A stretch of 64,000 bases of DNA from a virus: IMG/VR virus record IMGVR_UViG_3300049811_000333, positions 1 to 64,000 of that record. The stretch is one strand, 5' to 3'. A program made the translations under genes and the position numbers. Shown here in pieces: positions 9,405 to 18,636 of the stretch. The notes beneath the pieces were generated by a model that saw only the letters and a list, made by a program, of their open reading frames with translations, made no database searches and was not told the origin of the DNA. Positions within the stretch are counted from its first letter, which is position 1, and every line of letters begins with the position of its first letter.

Positions 9405-10429
9405 ATCGGCCAGGGCAGGTTCGTGTAGCGCTCAATCTTGCAGTCTTCGACCCACGCAGACTGGCCGAATTTCTCGAACCCTTCCCGGTATCTCTCCACC
9501 GCGGTCGCGATGTCGTTGATGCCAAGCGCGTAGTCCGGCTCCTCGTGATCGAAGAGGACGGGCTTCACCAGCGGTGCGCCCTCGGCCTGATAGACCACGA
9601 AGATGAAGGCGCAGTCGGGTTCATTCACAGCCTGCTTGACCCACTGCGGGTCATGCTCGCCGAAGACCTTCCCGGCCTTGAGAAACTTCTTCGTCATCTG
9701 GCGGCCCTGCATGTAATGGGTCGCCTGGACGTAATACTTGCCGCGCGCCAGGAAGTTGGCCACGGCCTGATCCCAGGGCATCTTCATGGTGTTGCGGGTG
9801 GACTTCAGGTCCACGATGGCCTTCTTCTTCCAGTAGTCGAAGCGGGCCCGAAAGGGGATGCCACCCACTTCCCAGAAGACGGACACTTCCGGATATCCGC
9901 CCTCAAAGGCGGTCCGGAGATGCGGGTTCGCGCGAATGTTCTGCGAAGCCAGCATGATCTCGGCGTAATCCTGCTCATCAAGCAGGGCCTTACCCTCGAC
10001 CTGGGCCTTGTAGGCCTCGACATCCTCGTCGTGGATGAGAACATCCTTGTCGATCTGACGGATGCGCTCGATCAGCTGCGGCTTGGTCCCGGACTTTGCC
10101 AGTCCGAGAAACTCGCAATGCCGCTTCAGGTCATCCGAGGTAATCAAGGCGCCCGGCCTCGGGGGCGGGCCCTTGCAGGCGTAGAGCTTGTCGAAGGCTT
10201 CCGGGCCCTCCAGGACACGCTTGTGGATCGCCTTGCCATACTGCATGGCAGGCGTTTCCTTGTCCGGGCGGCGATGCGGATTGGCACGCGAGTGCCAGTA
10301 GTAGTCCAGCGGAGAGATCAGCAGGTTCATGAGGTCCGTGGACCCGATGCTCCAATCTGCGTGGTATTCCGCCTCCGGCATCCCAAAGTAGATGCCGGGC
10401 TCGTGGTAAATGCCATTCTCGAAGCGCAT
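9383..10429 (-). CDS. RecE/ExoVIII-like PD-(D/E)XK exonuclease (DUF3799-like) with a SAP-like insert
   Basis: GIYFGMPEAEYHA, G.AIH..VLE, EVSVFW, RARFDY, DLKS, Y.VQA..Y; adjacent to recT. Confidence 0.9.
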   Translation of the reverse strand: MRFENGIYHEPGIYFGMPEAEYHADWSIGSTDLMNLLISPLDYYWHSRANPHRRPDKETPAMQYGKAIHKRVLEGPEAFDKLYACKGPPPRPGALITSDDLKRHCEFLGLAKSGTKPQLIERIRQIDKDVLIHDEDVEAYKAQVEGKALLDEQDYAEIMLASQNIRANPHLRTAFEGGYPEVSVFWEVGGIPFRARFDYWKKKAIVDLKSTRNTMKMPWDQAVANFLARGKYYVQATHYMQGRQMTKKFLKAGKVFGEHDPQWVKQAVNEPDCAFIFVVYQAEGAPLVKPVLFDHEEPDYALGINDIATAVERYREGFEKFGQSAWVEDCKIERYTNLPWPMWRTGVI

Positions 10430-10453
10430 GGGCTCTCCCGTTAATCAGGAGGG

Positions 10454-10482
10454 AATATGCGCGCAGTCTACACGCCGGTCAA
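10454..10482 (-). promoter_or_regulatory. Promoter of the recombination operon
   Basis: TTGACC-N17-CATATT on the minus strand. Confidence 0.55.
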
Positions 10483-10502
10483 CACAAAATGCAGGGGGCT
10501 GG

Positions 10503-11153
10503 CTACATTTGCCGCACATGCAACACCGCGCGCCCGAAGACCCGACCCTCCCCTGCTGTCAGGGGCTCGTAGTTTTCGTTGGCTGTGACGTACTTGACGC
10601 CTCCGCCACCAGACCGGACGCGCCGGATCGCGGGCTTGGTGTGCCGCTTGACGCTGAGGATCACGATGGAGCCGGGGTCGCCTTCCTCGTCCGTCATCTG
10701 GAAGACCAGGATGTCTCCGGGTTTGATCCCGCTCGGGTCACCGGCCATCTCATCGTTGTGGACCCGGACCGCGAAGCAGTGCGGCGGCAGCGTGCCCAGA
10801 TCCGAGATGCAGAAATCCCGACGCTCAATCTCGGCATGCAGGATGTCCTCGATGGTGCTGTAGTCCTCGGTGGAGAAGAAGGGCATGTAGCGAACCGGAG
10901 CCGCCACCTCGATCAGATCGTCCTCTTTCGCCGTGTACCAGCTGGGCGGCTGCTTTCCAAAGAGGAGCCACTCCTCCGACACTCCGAAGACCTTGGCGTA
11001 TTTCTTGGCGACTTTGACCGGGTAGGTCCTCCAACCCGACTCGTGCGCCGCGTAGGTGGGGTAGGTCCACCCAAGCCTCAGCGCGGCCTGTCGTCCAGAC
11101 TTATATCCAGCATGTTCACGGGCAAGCTGGAGCCGTTTCGCTTGCGTGCTCAT
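10503..11153 (-). CDS. CI-like repressor (XRE HTH plus S24-like C-terminal domain)
   Basis: RLQLAREHAG..YAAHESG..FGVSEEWLLFG; C-terminal FAVRV..I.PGDIL; divergent from gcrA. Confidence 0.85.
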   Translation of the reverse strand: MSTQAKRLQLAREHAGYKSGRQAALRLGWTYPTYAAHESGWRTYPVKVAKKYAKVFGVSEEWLLFGKQPPSWYTAKEDDLIEVAAPVRYMPFFSTEDYSTIEDILHAEIERRDFCISDLGTLPPHCFAVRVHNDEMAGDPSGIKPGDILVFQMTDEEGDPGSIVILSVKRHTKPAIRRVRSGGGGVKYVTANENYEPLTAGEGRVFGRAVLHVRQM

Positions 11154-11339
11154 CGTTGCTCTTCCCACTTTCCAAAAGTACGCATCCCAGGACCCACTGA
11201 GACTCACTGGGACGGGTATATACGCGTTGCACTTGCATGTCAACACAGAATGTAGCAAATTTACCATCAGCACTGTGGCAGAGATCTGACTATGCAAGAT
11301 GCAGTCTCTCTGGTATACACACGAGGCAGGGAGATACGC

Positions 11340-11948
11340 ATGGAAAATGTCGACGCAAAACTCTTTGAGCTTGAGGCTCAAGGCCTGCTCGTAGCTGAAC
11401 AAGCCAAGGTGCTTGGCATGGCCAAGGAGGCCGTCCAGAAAGCGCGCAAGCGCCTGGGCATTGTGACCGTCCCACCTCCGATCTCTGACGAGGAGCGGGA
11501 GTTCATGACCACCCTCATTCAGGAGGGGGTGTCGTACCTCAAGGTTTCCCAAGCCGTCGCCGAAAAGTTCGGCGTCCAGCGCAGCAAAAACGCTGTCGCC
11601 GGGTTTGCCTTCAGGAATGTCGTCAGAAGCCCTCGGACGCGCGAGGAAATCTACGCCGAGAACTCCAGGGAAAAGATCGAGGAAAACAAGTCGAAGCCGA
11701 AGAAGCGCCCGCCGACCGCGGGTAAGTTCCTCTTCAATACCGATCCGGCCCTCAAGACAGCCCCGGACGACCTCGCCATGTACGCCGACGCCTTTGCCGG
11801 AACCGGCAAGGAGCTCGACGCGCTGGGCAATGGTGAATGCCGCTGGCCCCTTGAACGCGTGAATGGCGTGTATACTTTCTGTGGCTGCCGGGTCCATCGC
11901 AAATCGTATTGCGAGGCCCATTTCAAAAGGGCTTACCCCAAAGAATGA
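11340..11948 (+). CDS. gcrA: GcrA-family cell-cycle regulator homologue
   Basis: RSKNAVAG; L....CRWP..FCG......YC.AH..RAY. Confidence 0.9.
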   Translation: MENVDAKLFELEAQGLLVAEQAKVLGMAKEAVQKARKRLGIVTVPPPISDEEREFMTTLIQEGVSYLKVSQAVAEKFGVQRSKNAVAGFAFRNVVRSPRTREEIYAENSREKIEENKSKPKKRPPTAGKFLFNTDPALKTAPDDLAMYADAFAGTGKELDALGNGECRWPLERVNGVYTFCGCRVHRKSYCEAHFKRAYPKE

Positions 11949-12478
11949 AGATCCTCACGCTCGACCTCGCGAAGCAGACCGGGTGGGCTGCGATCAGCGA
12001 TGGCGGGAAGATCACGTCGGGTCATGTCACGTTTACCGAAGAGACTTTCCCGGAGTTGGCCCTGGCCTTCTGGACCTGGATCAACGCTCGGATCATCGAG
12101 CACAAGCCTGAGTTCGTCGCCTATGAGGCGCCGGTAGTGAAGCACCCTCACGCCACCAAGATCCTCGTCGGTCTGTCGTGGCTCACCATCCTGGCCTGCA
12201 AGATCCACGACATTCCCTGCGAGCCGGTCACCAACACCAAGGTCAAGGTCCACTTCGTGGGCCGGGTCTACGGCAAAAAAGAGAAGCCCTATCCGGGCAT
12301 CGAAGAAGCGAAGAAGAGGGGCTGGAGCCCCCGCAGCACCGATGAGGCAGACGCCCTTGCAATCCTCAGCTACGTCCTCCACCAGTCATGTTGCGACGGA
12401 CCTAGAGCAACTCCTGCTCGGCGCGATCCTAAGCCAAAGCGACGTGCTGGACGAGGTCGCCGACCGTCTAAGGCCTGA
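11945..12478 (+). CDS. RuvC-like Holliday junction resolvase
   Basis: ILTLDLA..TGWA, VAYE, DEADALAI. Confidence 0.85.
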   Translation: MKILTLDLAKQTGWAAISDGGKITSGHVTFTEETFPELALAFWTWINARIIEHKPEFVAYEAPVVKHPHATKILVGLSWLTILACKIHDIPCEPVTNTKVKVHFVGRVYGKKEKPYPGIEEAKKRGWSPRSTDEADALAILSYVLHQSCCDGPRATPARRDPKPKRRAGRGRRPSKA

Positions 12479-13724
12479 GCACTTCACGGTCGAGGCCGTC
12501 CAGAGCCTCTACAAGATTGCGTTGCGACTGTACGGGGAAGGCCGAGAGGCCTCCCCGATTACTGTCTCTGCGGCCCTGGGGAACACCAAGGACCGCGACT
12601 ACATGCTGGCCCTGGTGTCCAGGGCAAAGGACACGCTCGGGGACCTGACGCACTCGGTTCCGGGCCTCGCTACAGAACTCATCGACCTCGCCAACCGTCG
12701 CGCCCTGCTTGAGGCTGCGGACAAGGTACGAGCGCTCGCCGCCTCTCCGTCCGAGATCATCAACACCCAGGAGCTCCAGGCCCGCCTTGAGGGCATTACG
12801 GTCGGACTCCCGGAGACCATCCAGAAGCCGATCAAGACCGCCTTCGATCTCGCGGAGGAGACGTTTGCGGCTGCGGAGAAGATCTACGAGACCGGCATCG
12901 AGCCGGGCGTCCGCTCCGGCTTCCGCCCGTGGGACAATCTCGTTGGCCCCATGATGCCCGGAGACCTCATCGTGATTGGCGGCGCGACATCGGCCGGTAA
13001 AACAGCCCTCGCCCAACAGATTGCCTTCGAGGCCTCCCAGGACAAGAAGGTCCTGATCCACTCGATGGAAATGTCGGCCCGCCAGTGGAATGACCGCTAC
13101 ATCAACCAGCTGACCGGCATCCCCGTCCAGACCTTGGAAGTGGGTCCCTTCACGGACAAGGAATTCGAGCTCATGGAGACGGCGAAGCGCGACGTGCTGC
13201 GCTATCTCAACATGGTGATCTCGGACCAGAAGGGCATGACCCCGGCGATGATCCTGTCGAATGCGCGGCGCGTGAAGCGCCGCTTCGGGCTCGATCTCCT
13301 GGTTCTGGATCATCTCCAGTTCATCAGGCCCACGGATCCGAAGAAGGAAGGCGCCGAAGCCATCGCGCTCGTAGTCGCTGAAATCAAGCACATGGCGGAC
13401 ATTCTCCAGGTCCCCATCATCCTGGTATCGCACCTCAACAGAGACACCAACAAGCGCGACAACTACCGGCCGGTCCTGGCTGACCTCTTCGGCTCGTCAG
13501 CGATTGAGAAGGATGCGGATTGCGTGGTGTTCGTCCACCGCCTGGCCTACTGGCTTGAGAGAGCTGGTCCGAAAAAGGACGAAGACCCGGCCATCTGGCA
13601 GCTTGGCATCGACGCCATCAAGAGCGAGGCGGAACTGATCCTGGGCAAGCGGCGCCGCGGTGAAGGCGCTGGGTCTGTGAAGGTGGGCTGGCGTGGCGAG
13701 AGAACCATGTTCTACCCGCTGTAA
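12342..13724 (+). CDS. dnaB: DnaB-like replicative helicase
   Basis: EQLLLGAIL, Walker A GATSAGKT, SMEM, LDHLQ, SHLNR, RP.L.DL..S.AIEKDAD; start uncertain. Confidence 0.95.
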   Translation: MRQTPLQSSATSSTSHVATDLEQLLLGAILSQSDVLDEVADRLRPEHFTVEAVQSLYKIALRLYGEGREASPITVSAALGNTKDRDYMLALVSRAKDTLGDLTHSVPGLATELIDLANRRALLEAADKVRALAASPSEIINTQELQARLEGITVGLPETIQKPIKTAFDLAEETFAAAEKIYETGIEPGVRSGFRPWDNLVGPMMPGDLIVIGGATSAGKTALAQQIAFEASQDKKVLIHSMEMSARQWNDRYINQLTGIPVQTLEVGPFTDKEFELMETAKRDVLRYLNMVISDQKGMTPAMILSNARRVKRRFGLDLLVLDHLQFIRPTDPKKEGAEAIALVVAEIKHMADILQVPIILVSHLNRDTNKRDNYRPVLADLFGSSAIEKDADCVVFVHRLAYWLERAGPKKDEDPAIWQLGIDAIKSEAELILGKRRRGEGAGSVKVGWRGERTMFYPL

Positions 13725-13742
13725 ACCAAACCCTCCCCTCTT

Positions 13743-14057
13743 TTATGCTTCCGATTTTGTCGAGGCGGCGCGGTCGAGGCGCTCTATCTCAGCGACGATC
13801 AAAGCCGCAGCACGGACAAGATCACGGCGGCGATCTTTCGGCTTCCACCATTCTCGGTCCCACGGCCAGAATGACGGAGGCTCGCTGTTCACATATCCGA
13901 ACGCGGATGCTCCCGTGTAGTGCGCCGCATGATGCAGATACGCGCGGGCCGCGGTGGACAGCGAACCGTCTGTGTGGCCGTCGTCATGTTCCGGTGTCCA
14001 GCCTTCAACCGCTTTTTGCCGCTCGCGTTCGGCGGCAACGTCATCAATCGCGCTCAT
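13743..14057 (-). CDS. Conserved phage protein
   Basis: DVAAERERQ..EGWTPEHDD..WPW...WWKP..RRRDLVRAAALIVAEIERLDR. Confidence 0.8.
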   Translation of the reverse strand: MSAIDDVAAERERQKAVEGWTPEHDDGHTDGSLSTAARAYLHHAAHYTGASAFGYVNSEPPSFWPWDREWWKPKDRRRDLVRAAALIVAEIERLDRAASTKSEA

Positions 14058-14172
14058 TGCTCAAATGCCCCTATCTATTGCGCTGCCGTTGCCGCCACAG
14101 GCGGACAATTTCGCGCCATTCATGTTCCGGCATCCACAGCAACCGCTCCTGCGTCTCTCGCATCAGTCTCTC

Positions 14173-14346
14173 CTATCTCTTGAGTATGTTTTCGATTTGG
14201 TAGCGCGGAACCGGGATCACCCTTTCGTCGTCGCCCGCGTAGTCGGTGAGCCATGTCCGCATCTGCGCCTCAAGCTCTGCGATGCGCTTCGCGTCTTTGA
14301 CTGACTGCTCACAGAGCGCAACAAAGCGCGGATCAATGTCGCTCAT
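14173..14346 (-). CDS. Small Ead/Ea22-like hypothetical protein (KRIAELEA)
   Basis: 57 aa read manually. Confidence 0.5.
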   Translation of the reverse strand: MSDIDPRFVALCEQSVKDAKRIAELEAQMRTWLTDYAGDDERVIPVPRYQIENILKR

Positions 14347-14555
14347 TACGGCCCCCCCCCCCCCCCTTGCTCACTTGCCTGCTTCGTCACGCGCTTCTTA
14401 TCGGTCACGTTCGTTGCGGTGAGATCAATCGTGTCTCGATAGAGCCGCGCGTCCGTGATGTGCAGCTTGCCGTCGATCCGCTGTCCCTCAACCTCGGCAG
14501 TCCAGTCGCCGTCCTTGGTTGCGGGGTCGACCCCGATGATGTGTCGATCCTTCAT
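14346..14555 (-). CDS. Hypothetical protein ending in a poly-G tract
   Basis: 69-aa ORF. Confidence 0.5.
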   Translation of the reverse strand: MKDRHIIGVDPATKDGDWTAEVEGQRIDGKLHITDARLYRDTIDLTATNVTDKKRVTKQASEQGGGGGP

Positions 14556-14691
14556 TTGCTAGGTTCGCGACCGTCACCACCGCAATGGTCGCAGGTGTCA
14601 GTTTGGTCCCCGTTGACGTATCCAGTGCCTCCGCAACCGTCACACTTTGTCAAATCTGGTCCATCGTCTTCTTCGCGCATCGCTTCTGTCC

Positions 14692-14955
14692 TTACGCAGA
14701 TAGGGCCGCCCTGGCAGCTTTGAAGTCCTCGACAGTCAAGCTCACGGGCTCTCCGCCAACGCGGAGCACGTAGAACTCACCTGTCTTGGGGTGATTGCCG
14801 CCCAGCTGAGACATGGCCTTGGCAAATTCCGCAAAAGGCGTCAGCGCCGCCTCAAGCTCCGCAATGCGCTTCACATCTGCGGGGGACCTAACGCACTTCC
14901 CAATGGCACCGGGACGTCTAAGCGTCGCTGGCCATCCGTCCTCATTATCTTCCAT
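14692..14955 (-). CDS. Ead/Ea22-like hypothetical protein
   Basis: KRIAELEAALTPFA..ARAALS. Confidence 0.55.
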   Translation of the reverse strand: MEDNEDGWPATLRRPGAIGKCVRSPADVKRIAELEAALTPFAEFAKAMSQLGGNHPKTGEFYVLRVGGEPVSLTVEDFKAARAALSA

Positions 14956-14971
14956 GCGTCAACTCCAATAT

Positions 14972-15003
14972 AAAGAAGCCGGGGCTAGTCCATTAGCCCC
15001 GGC
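14972..15003 (-). terminator. Probable terminator hairpin
   Basis: GCCGGGGCTA/TAGCCCCGGC followed by TTCTTT on the minus strand. Confidence 0.6.
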
Positions 15004-15096
15004 CCCATGCGCCGCCAGATGGACCCTACGGCGCTATGATCACGACACCCTTTGCAGTGGGCCGCGACCTAGGCCAGCCGTTTCAGGCTGGCGACC

Positions 15097-15300
15097 TCAA
15101 TCAACGTAGTCCGCGAAGCTGCGGTAGACGATGGTGCCATTGTCCGCAATCCAGCGCCTCGGTGGCGGCCAATCAGGCCCCTTGTAGCGATAGGCCTCCT
15201 CGTGAAGGGCCTCGTTGTATTCGAAGGGGCAGCCATTCTCGCCTTCGCGGGTGCAATATTTGTCACCGCAATTCTTCTCTCGCGTGCAATACCTACGCAT
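15097..15300 (-). CDS. Hypothetical protein
   Basis: GTIVYRSFADYVD C-terminus typical of small phage ORFs. Confidence 0.5.
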   Translation of the reverse strand: MRRYCTREKNCGDKYCTREGENGCPFEYNEALHEEAYRYKGPDWPPPRRWIADNGTIVYRSFADYVD

Positions 15301-15302
15301 CG

Positions 15303-15524
15303 CTATTCCTTCAGAAGATGGTCGAGAATGCCTTGCTGGATAGACTTCAGGTCCTTCTCAGGGAGCCGGATATTGAGATCGGTCCCGGACGTGTCTGCGT
15401 AGATCAGCTTCAGGTAAAGGTGCCCGTCCTTGGCGTAGACGGCTGCGTCAGTCGGGTTCGGGTTCAGTGCCTTGGTGACGGCCGCCCCGACGCCGCCGAT
15501 AAAGTCTTCAAAAGGGTTCGTCAT
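15303..15524 (-). CDS. Hypothetical protein
   Basis: 73-aa ORF. Confidence 0.55.
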   Translation of the reverse strand: MTNPFEDFIGGVGAAVTKALNPNPTDAAVYAKDGHLYLKLIYADTSGTDLNIRLPEKDLKSIQQGILDHLLKE

Positions 15525-16097
15525 TTCTTCCCCGCGAATTGCTTGCGTTTGAACCTCTTGTTCCGCCGCGTGCCGCGGTCAGAGACGCCCGTGACACAAC
15601 CGCCGTCAGGCCAGCAGCAATACTTCTTGTAGTCCGAGTACGAGGTGAAGGTCGGGCCCTGCTTGATCTCCCTCAAGACCAGGGTCACGCCGTGCGCCAT
15701 TACTTCCTCCAAAAAAGTCTGAATGTGCCGAGGAGCGCGTCCCAGATCTTCTGGATCGTATCGAAGCGCAGCGTGATGCGATGGTATCGCACCACGTCCT
15801 TCGGCTTCCACACCTCGTCCTCCAGCTTGTGGGTGGAGGAAAACTCTTCGAGCCTTGCCTGCTCCACCTCCATCCGGCGCTGGAATTCCTCGTCGGACCC
15901 GTAGAGATCCTTGGTTCTCTCCTTGAAGGTCTTCGCAGCTTCAGCCTTTATCTGCTCGAACTCTTCGTCCGTCAGAGACCTCGCTCCCAGCGCAGAGCCC
16001 CACATTGTCTTGCTGTTGGTATCCAGGGGCCTGCCGTACTTGGCATGGCACTTCTCAGGGTAAAAGCAGTAGGCACACTTGCCCTCCAGGAGGCAGG

Positions 16098-16382
16098 TCA
16101 TCGACACCATGTCTTTGCTCCATCGCGTCCGCAGACCGTGCCCTTCACCCAGGGCGATTTGTCCCTGTCGGACAGAATGCTCTTGCGCGGAGGCTCTGCC
16201 TTCGGCGGCGCCTCCCACTTCGAAACCCGGACCGTCATCTCGTTGACGGCCATGGCGTTCACAACGCCAATGGCCCCGGAGGCAAAGCCGATCACCAAGG
16301 CGATGTAGGCGATGTGCAGCGGTCGCTTGTCGGCGCGGCTCCGCCGCTTCTCCAGCTTCTCGACACGATCTTCCAGGGTCAT
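16098..16382 (-). CDS. Single-TM membrane protein
   Basis: MTLEDRVEKLE..IAYIALVIGFASGAIGVV. Confidence 0.55.
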   Translation of the reverse strand: MTLEDRVEKLEKRRSRADKRPLHIAYIALVIGFASGAIGVVNAMAVNEMTVRVSKWEAPPKAEPPRKSILSDRDKSPWVKGTVCGRDGAKTWCR

Positions 16383-16591
16383 TTGCTGTCCTTCATGGCA
16401 GCGTTCTTGTAGGCCTGCCCGATAAGGGCGCACACCACAGCCATGGTGCTGAGATCTCGATACGTGAAGCCTCCCGCGGTCTCGGCGTGGGCCCGGATGG
16501 CCCGCGCCGCATTGAGGAAGACCTCGGCGTGTTGTTCGAGATCGGAGCTATTCAATTCCCACTTCCCACAAATCGGCATCGCCTTTACCAT
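16379..16591 (-). CDS. Hypothetical protein
   Basis: Coupled ORF. Confidence 0.45.
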   Translation of the reverse strand: MVKAMPICGKWELNSSDLEQHAEVFLNAARAIRAHAETAGGFTYRDLSTMAVVCALIGQAYKNAAMKDSK

Positions 16592-16761
16592 TGGCGTGCA
16601 GAAAGTCCGTGAACTTCACGTAGAGTGCCAAGAACTGCTTGGCGATGGCGCGGTTGTAAACCGTTGGAACGCGATCACTCTCAAGGTACTGCTTGTACCC
16701 AATCAGAGCTTCCTGGATCAGAGCGAATTCGAGATCCGTAAGCTCCAGGTCGTCATCTTCC

Positions 16762-17073
16762 TCAGTCTTCTTCGTCTTCTTTGCCACGCTGTTCCCACTT
16801 TCTGGTTCCGAGGTCTCGCTTATCCTGGTCACGAGTGCAGATGGTTGCCCCGTAGCCAATGCGGACTGTGATGCCGGGCTTGCAGCCCTTCAATGTGAAG
16901 ATCGCAATCTCGTTTGCAGCGTCCGGGTTCTTCGCCAGGAAGGCCCGGCATGCGTCGTACTCAGGGTCCCTGGACTTCTCGACAACCAACTCCCCTTTAT
17001 GGAAGACGTTGTAGCGATAGAACTTGAGGCCCCATCTCTCCGGTGGGACCCGGACCATGTCGAACTCAATCAT
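16762..17073 (-). CDS. Hypothetical protein
   Basis: SRDPEYDACRAFL; coupled. Confidence 0.55.
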   Translation of the reverse strand: MIEFDMVRVPPERWGLKFYRYNVFHKGELVVEKSRDPEYDACRAFLAKNPDAANEIAIFTLKGCKPGITVRIGYGATICTRDQDKRDLGTRKWEQRGKEDEED

Positions 17074-17507
17074 GCCGGAGCTCCAAAAATCATGTCGTCG
17101 GCGTAATAGGCGCAGAGCAAGGCTCGCGCATCGCTGAGGGCATTATGAGGAATGGCCGGAAGCGGGTCGAGGTCACGCACCAGCCTCATCTCAAGATCCC
17201 CGACATCCCATTGGATGCCGTTCGGCTCTTGAAGCAAATCCAAGAGATAGCCAAAATCAGCTGGCCAATCCGCGATGATTGGTTGCTCGCGATGCCTGTT
17301 GAGGAACGCCACGATGCGGCGCTTGATGATGATGTCGTCCTCTGGCTCCTGGTTGAGAACCGGGATGACGTTTTCGCGCACCCACTCATGGCACTTCCCA
17401 AGGTCAAAGTGGCGCACGCAGTAAACGCTGTCGCCGCAGTCCGAGACCAGAGCGATGCTGATCAGATCTCCTTGGAAGTTAGTGAACTCGGTATCAAGGG
17501 CCAGCAT
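17070..17507 (-). CDS. DEDD 3'-5' exonuclease (DUF5051/Rv2179c-like)
   Basis: LDTEF..LISIALV..WVRENVIP..DW..D..PHNALSDAR. Confidence 0.85.
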   Translation of the reverse strand: MLALDTEFTNFQGDLISIALVSDCGDSVYCVRHFDLGKCHEWVRENVIPVLNQEPEDDIIIKRRIVAFLNRHREQPIIADWPADFGYLLDLLQEPNGIQWDVGDLEMRLVRDLDPLPAIPHNALSDARALLCAYYADDMIFGAPA

Positions 17508-17592
17508 GTGTGTTCCGGAAAAGGGCCGGGCATCCCTTCCGGGAGCCCGGCAGTCAGCCACAAGGAGGTGTCCCGAGCGCCGGGACCCTCAA

Positions 17593-17621
17593 TCTATACG
17601 CCAGGTGTTTACCGGCGTCAA
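17593..17621 (-). promoter_or_regulatory. Sigma70-type promoter
   Basis: TTGACG-N17-TATAGA on the minus strand. Confidence 0.6.
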
Positions 17622-18126
17622 CACTGGAAGCATGCTCGCAGGTCACAATTTCGGAAATCCAAGATCAATTCTGACCTGCACAAGCGGGGAGGACGCGGCA
17701 GCGCCCGGACCCGCGCTTTCATGGGGAGGGGGCTACTCAAGTGTTTAAGAGTGCAGTGTCTATAAGGGGGAGGGGAGCTATATGGCAGCGCTCGCTACCG
17801 TTTCACTAGCGCTCGCTCAGCTCCCTTGATGAGTACGAGGAGCGTTATTAACTCGTCACTGCAAGTTGCAGGGCAGCGCCCTCAATCCGTTCCTGTGATC
17901 CTCGCCGTGGGCTCGGCTCTCAGTCACTACTTCCGTAGTAAGATGTTCGACATTTTGAATTTACAGATCAAGTTAAATTTCTGTAATGTTTCAGAACGCC
18001 TGCCAATTCAAGGCCTTGGCAACATGCCTACCCCATTGACACGCTTTTGCCGGGATCAACAACTACAGGTGTTGACACCACCGCTCGCATTGTGCATATT
18101 CTCCTGGTGCTTTGAGAGGGGCGGGG

Positions 18127-18636
18127 ATGCCAAGCCTGGCGGGGAAACTGTCTGCGATCCTGGATACCTACCAGCCGCCTGTTGGCGTCCGGGTCAGTCA
18201 TCCCGTGGAGTTCCTATGGAAGCGCGGGGTTCTGGACCCTGTGCAATACGCCGCCGCCAATGCTTTCCGCGCGGACTACGAGTGCGCTGTTGGTGATAGC
18301 TCCGCCCCCATCGTGAACTGGGGGGCTTTTGAGTCCATGGCCCTCACGGACAACCCGGACCTCCTTGGCGGTCGTCACAAGTCTTCGATGCGGGTTGCGC
18401 GCCCCCCTGCCGGGCCCCGGCCAATCGTTGATGCCCGGAAGACCCTCTTCAATCTCCGCTGGAGCCTTGGCCATTTCGGTTTCCAGGTGATGCGCGCGGT
18501 TTGCGGCCTGGGGATCCCCATCGTGGTGGTCTCCAGAGAAATCTCCCTGGACAAGAACATCGTTGGCCACCGCCTCCGGGAAGCCCTCTGGGACGCCGCC
18601 GATTATTACGGCTTCACCGAGGAGGTCCCGGAATGA
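18127..18636 (+). CDS. DUF6456-like putative transcription regulator
   Basis: P.E.L..RG.L...QY.AA..FR.DY; C-terminal HTH-like VCGLG..RLREAL..A.YYG. Confidence 0.65.
   Translation: MPSLAGKLSAILDTYQPPVGVRVSHPVEFLWKRGVLDPVQYAAANAFRADYECAVGDSSAPIVNWGAFESMALTDNPDLLGGRHKSSMRVARPPAGPRPIVDARKTLFNLRWSLGHFGFQVMRAVCGLGIPIVVVSREISLDKNIVGHRLREALWDAADYYGFTEEVPE

Noticed and set aside
11154-11921. 472-aa version of the repressor ORF
   Set aside because: The extension is antisense to gcrA and crosses the promoter region; the HTH begins at 11153.
12342-12478. Long ruvC/dnaB overlap as a programmed frameshift
   Set aside because: No slippery site is seen; simple C-terminal run-on of ruvC explains it.
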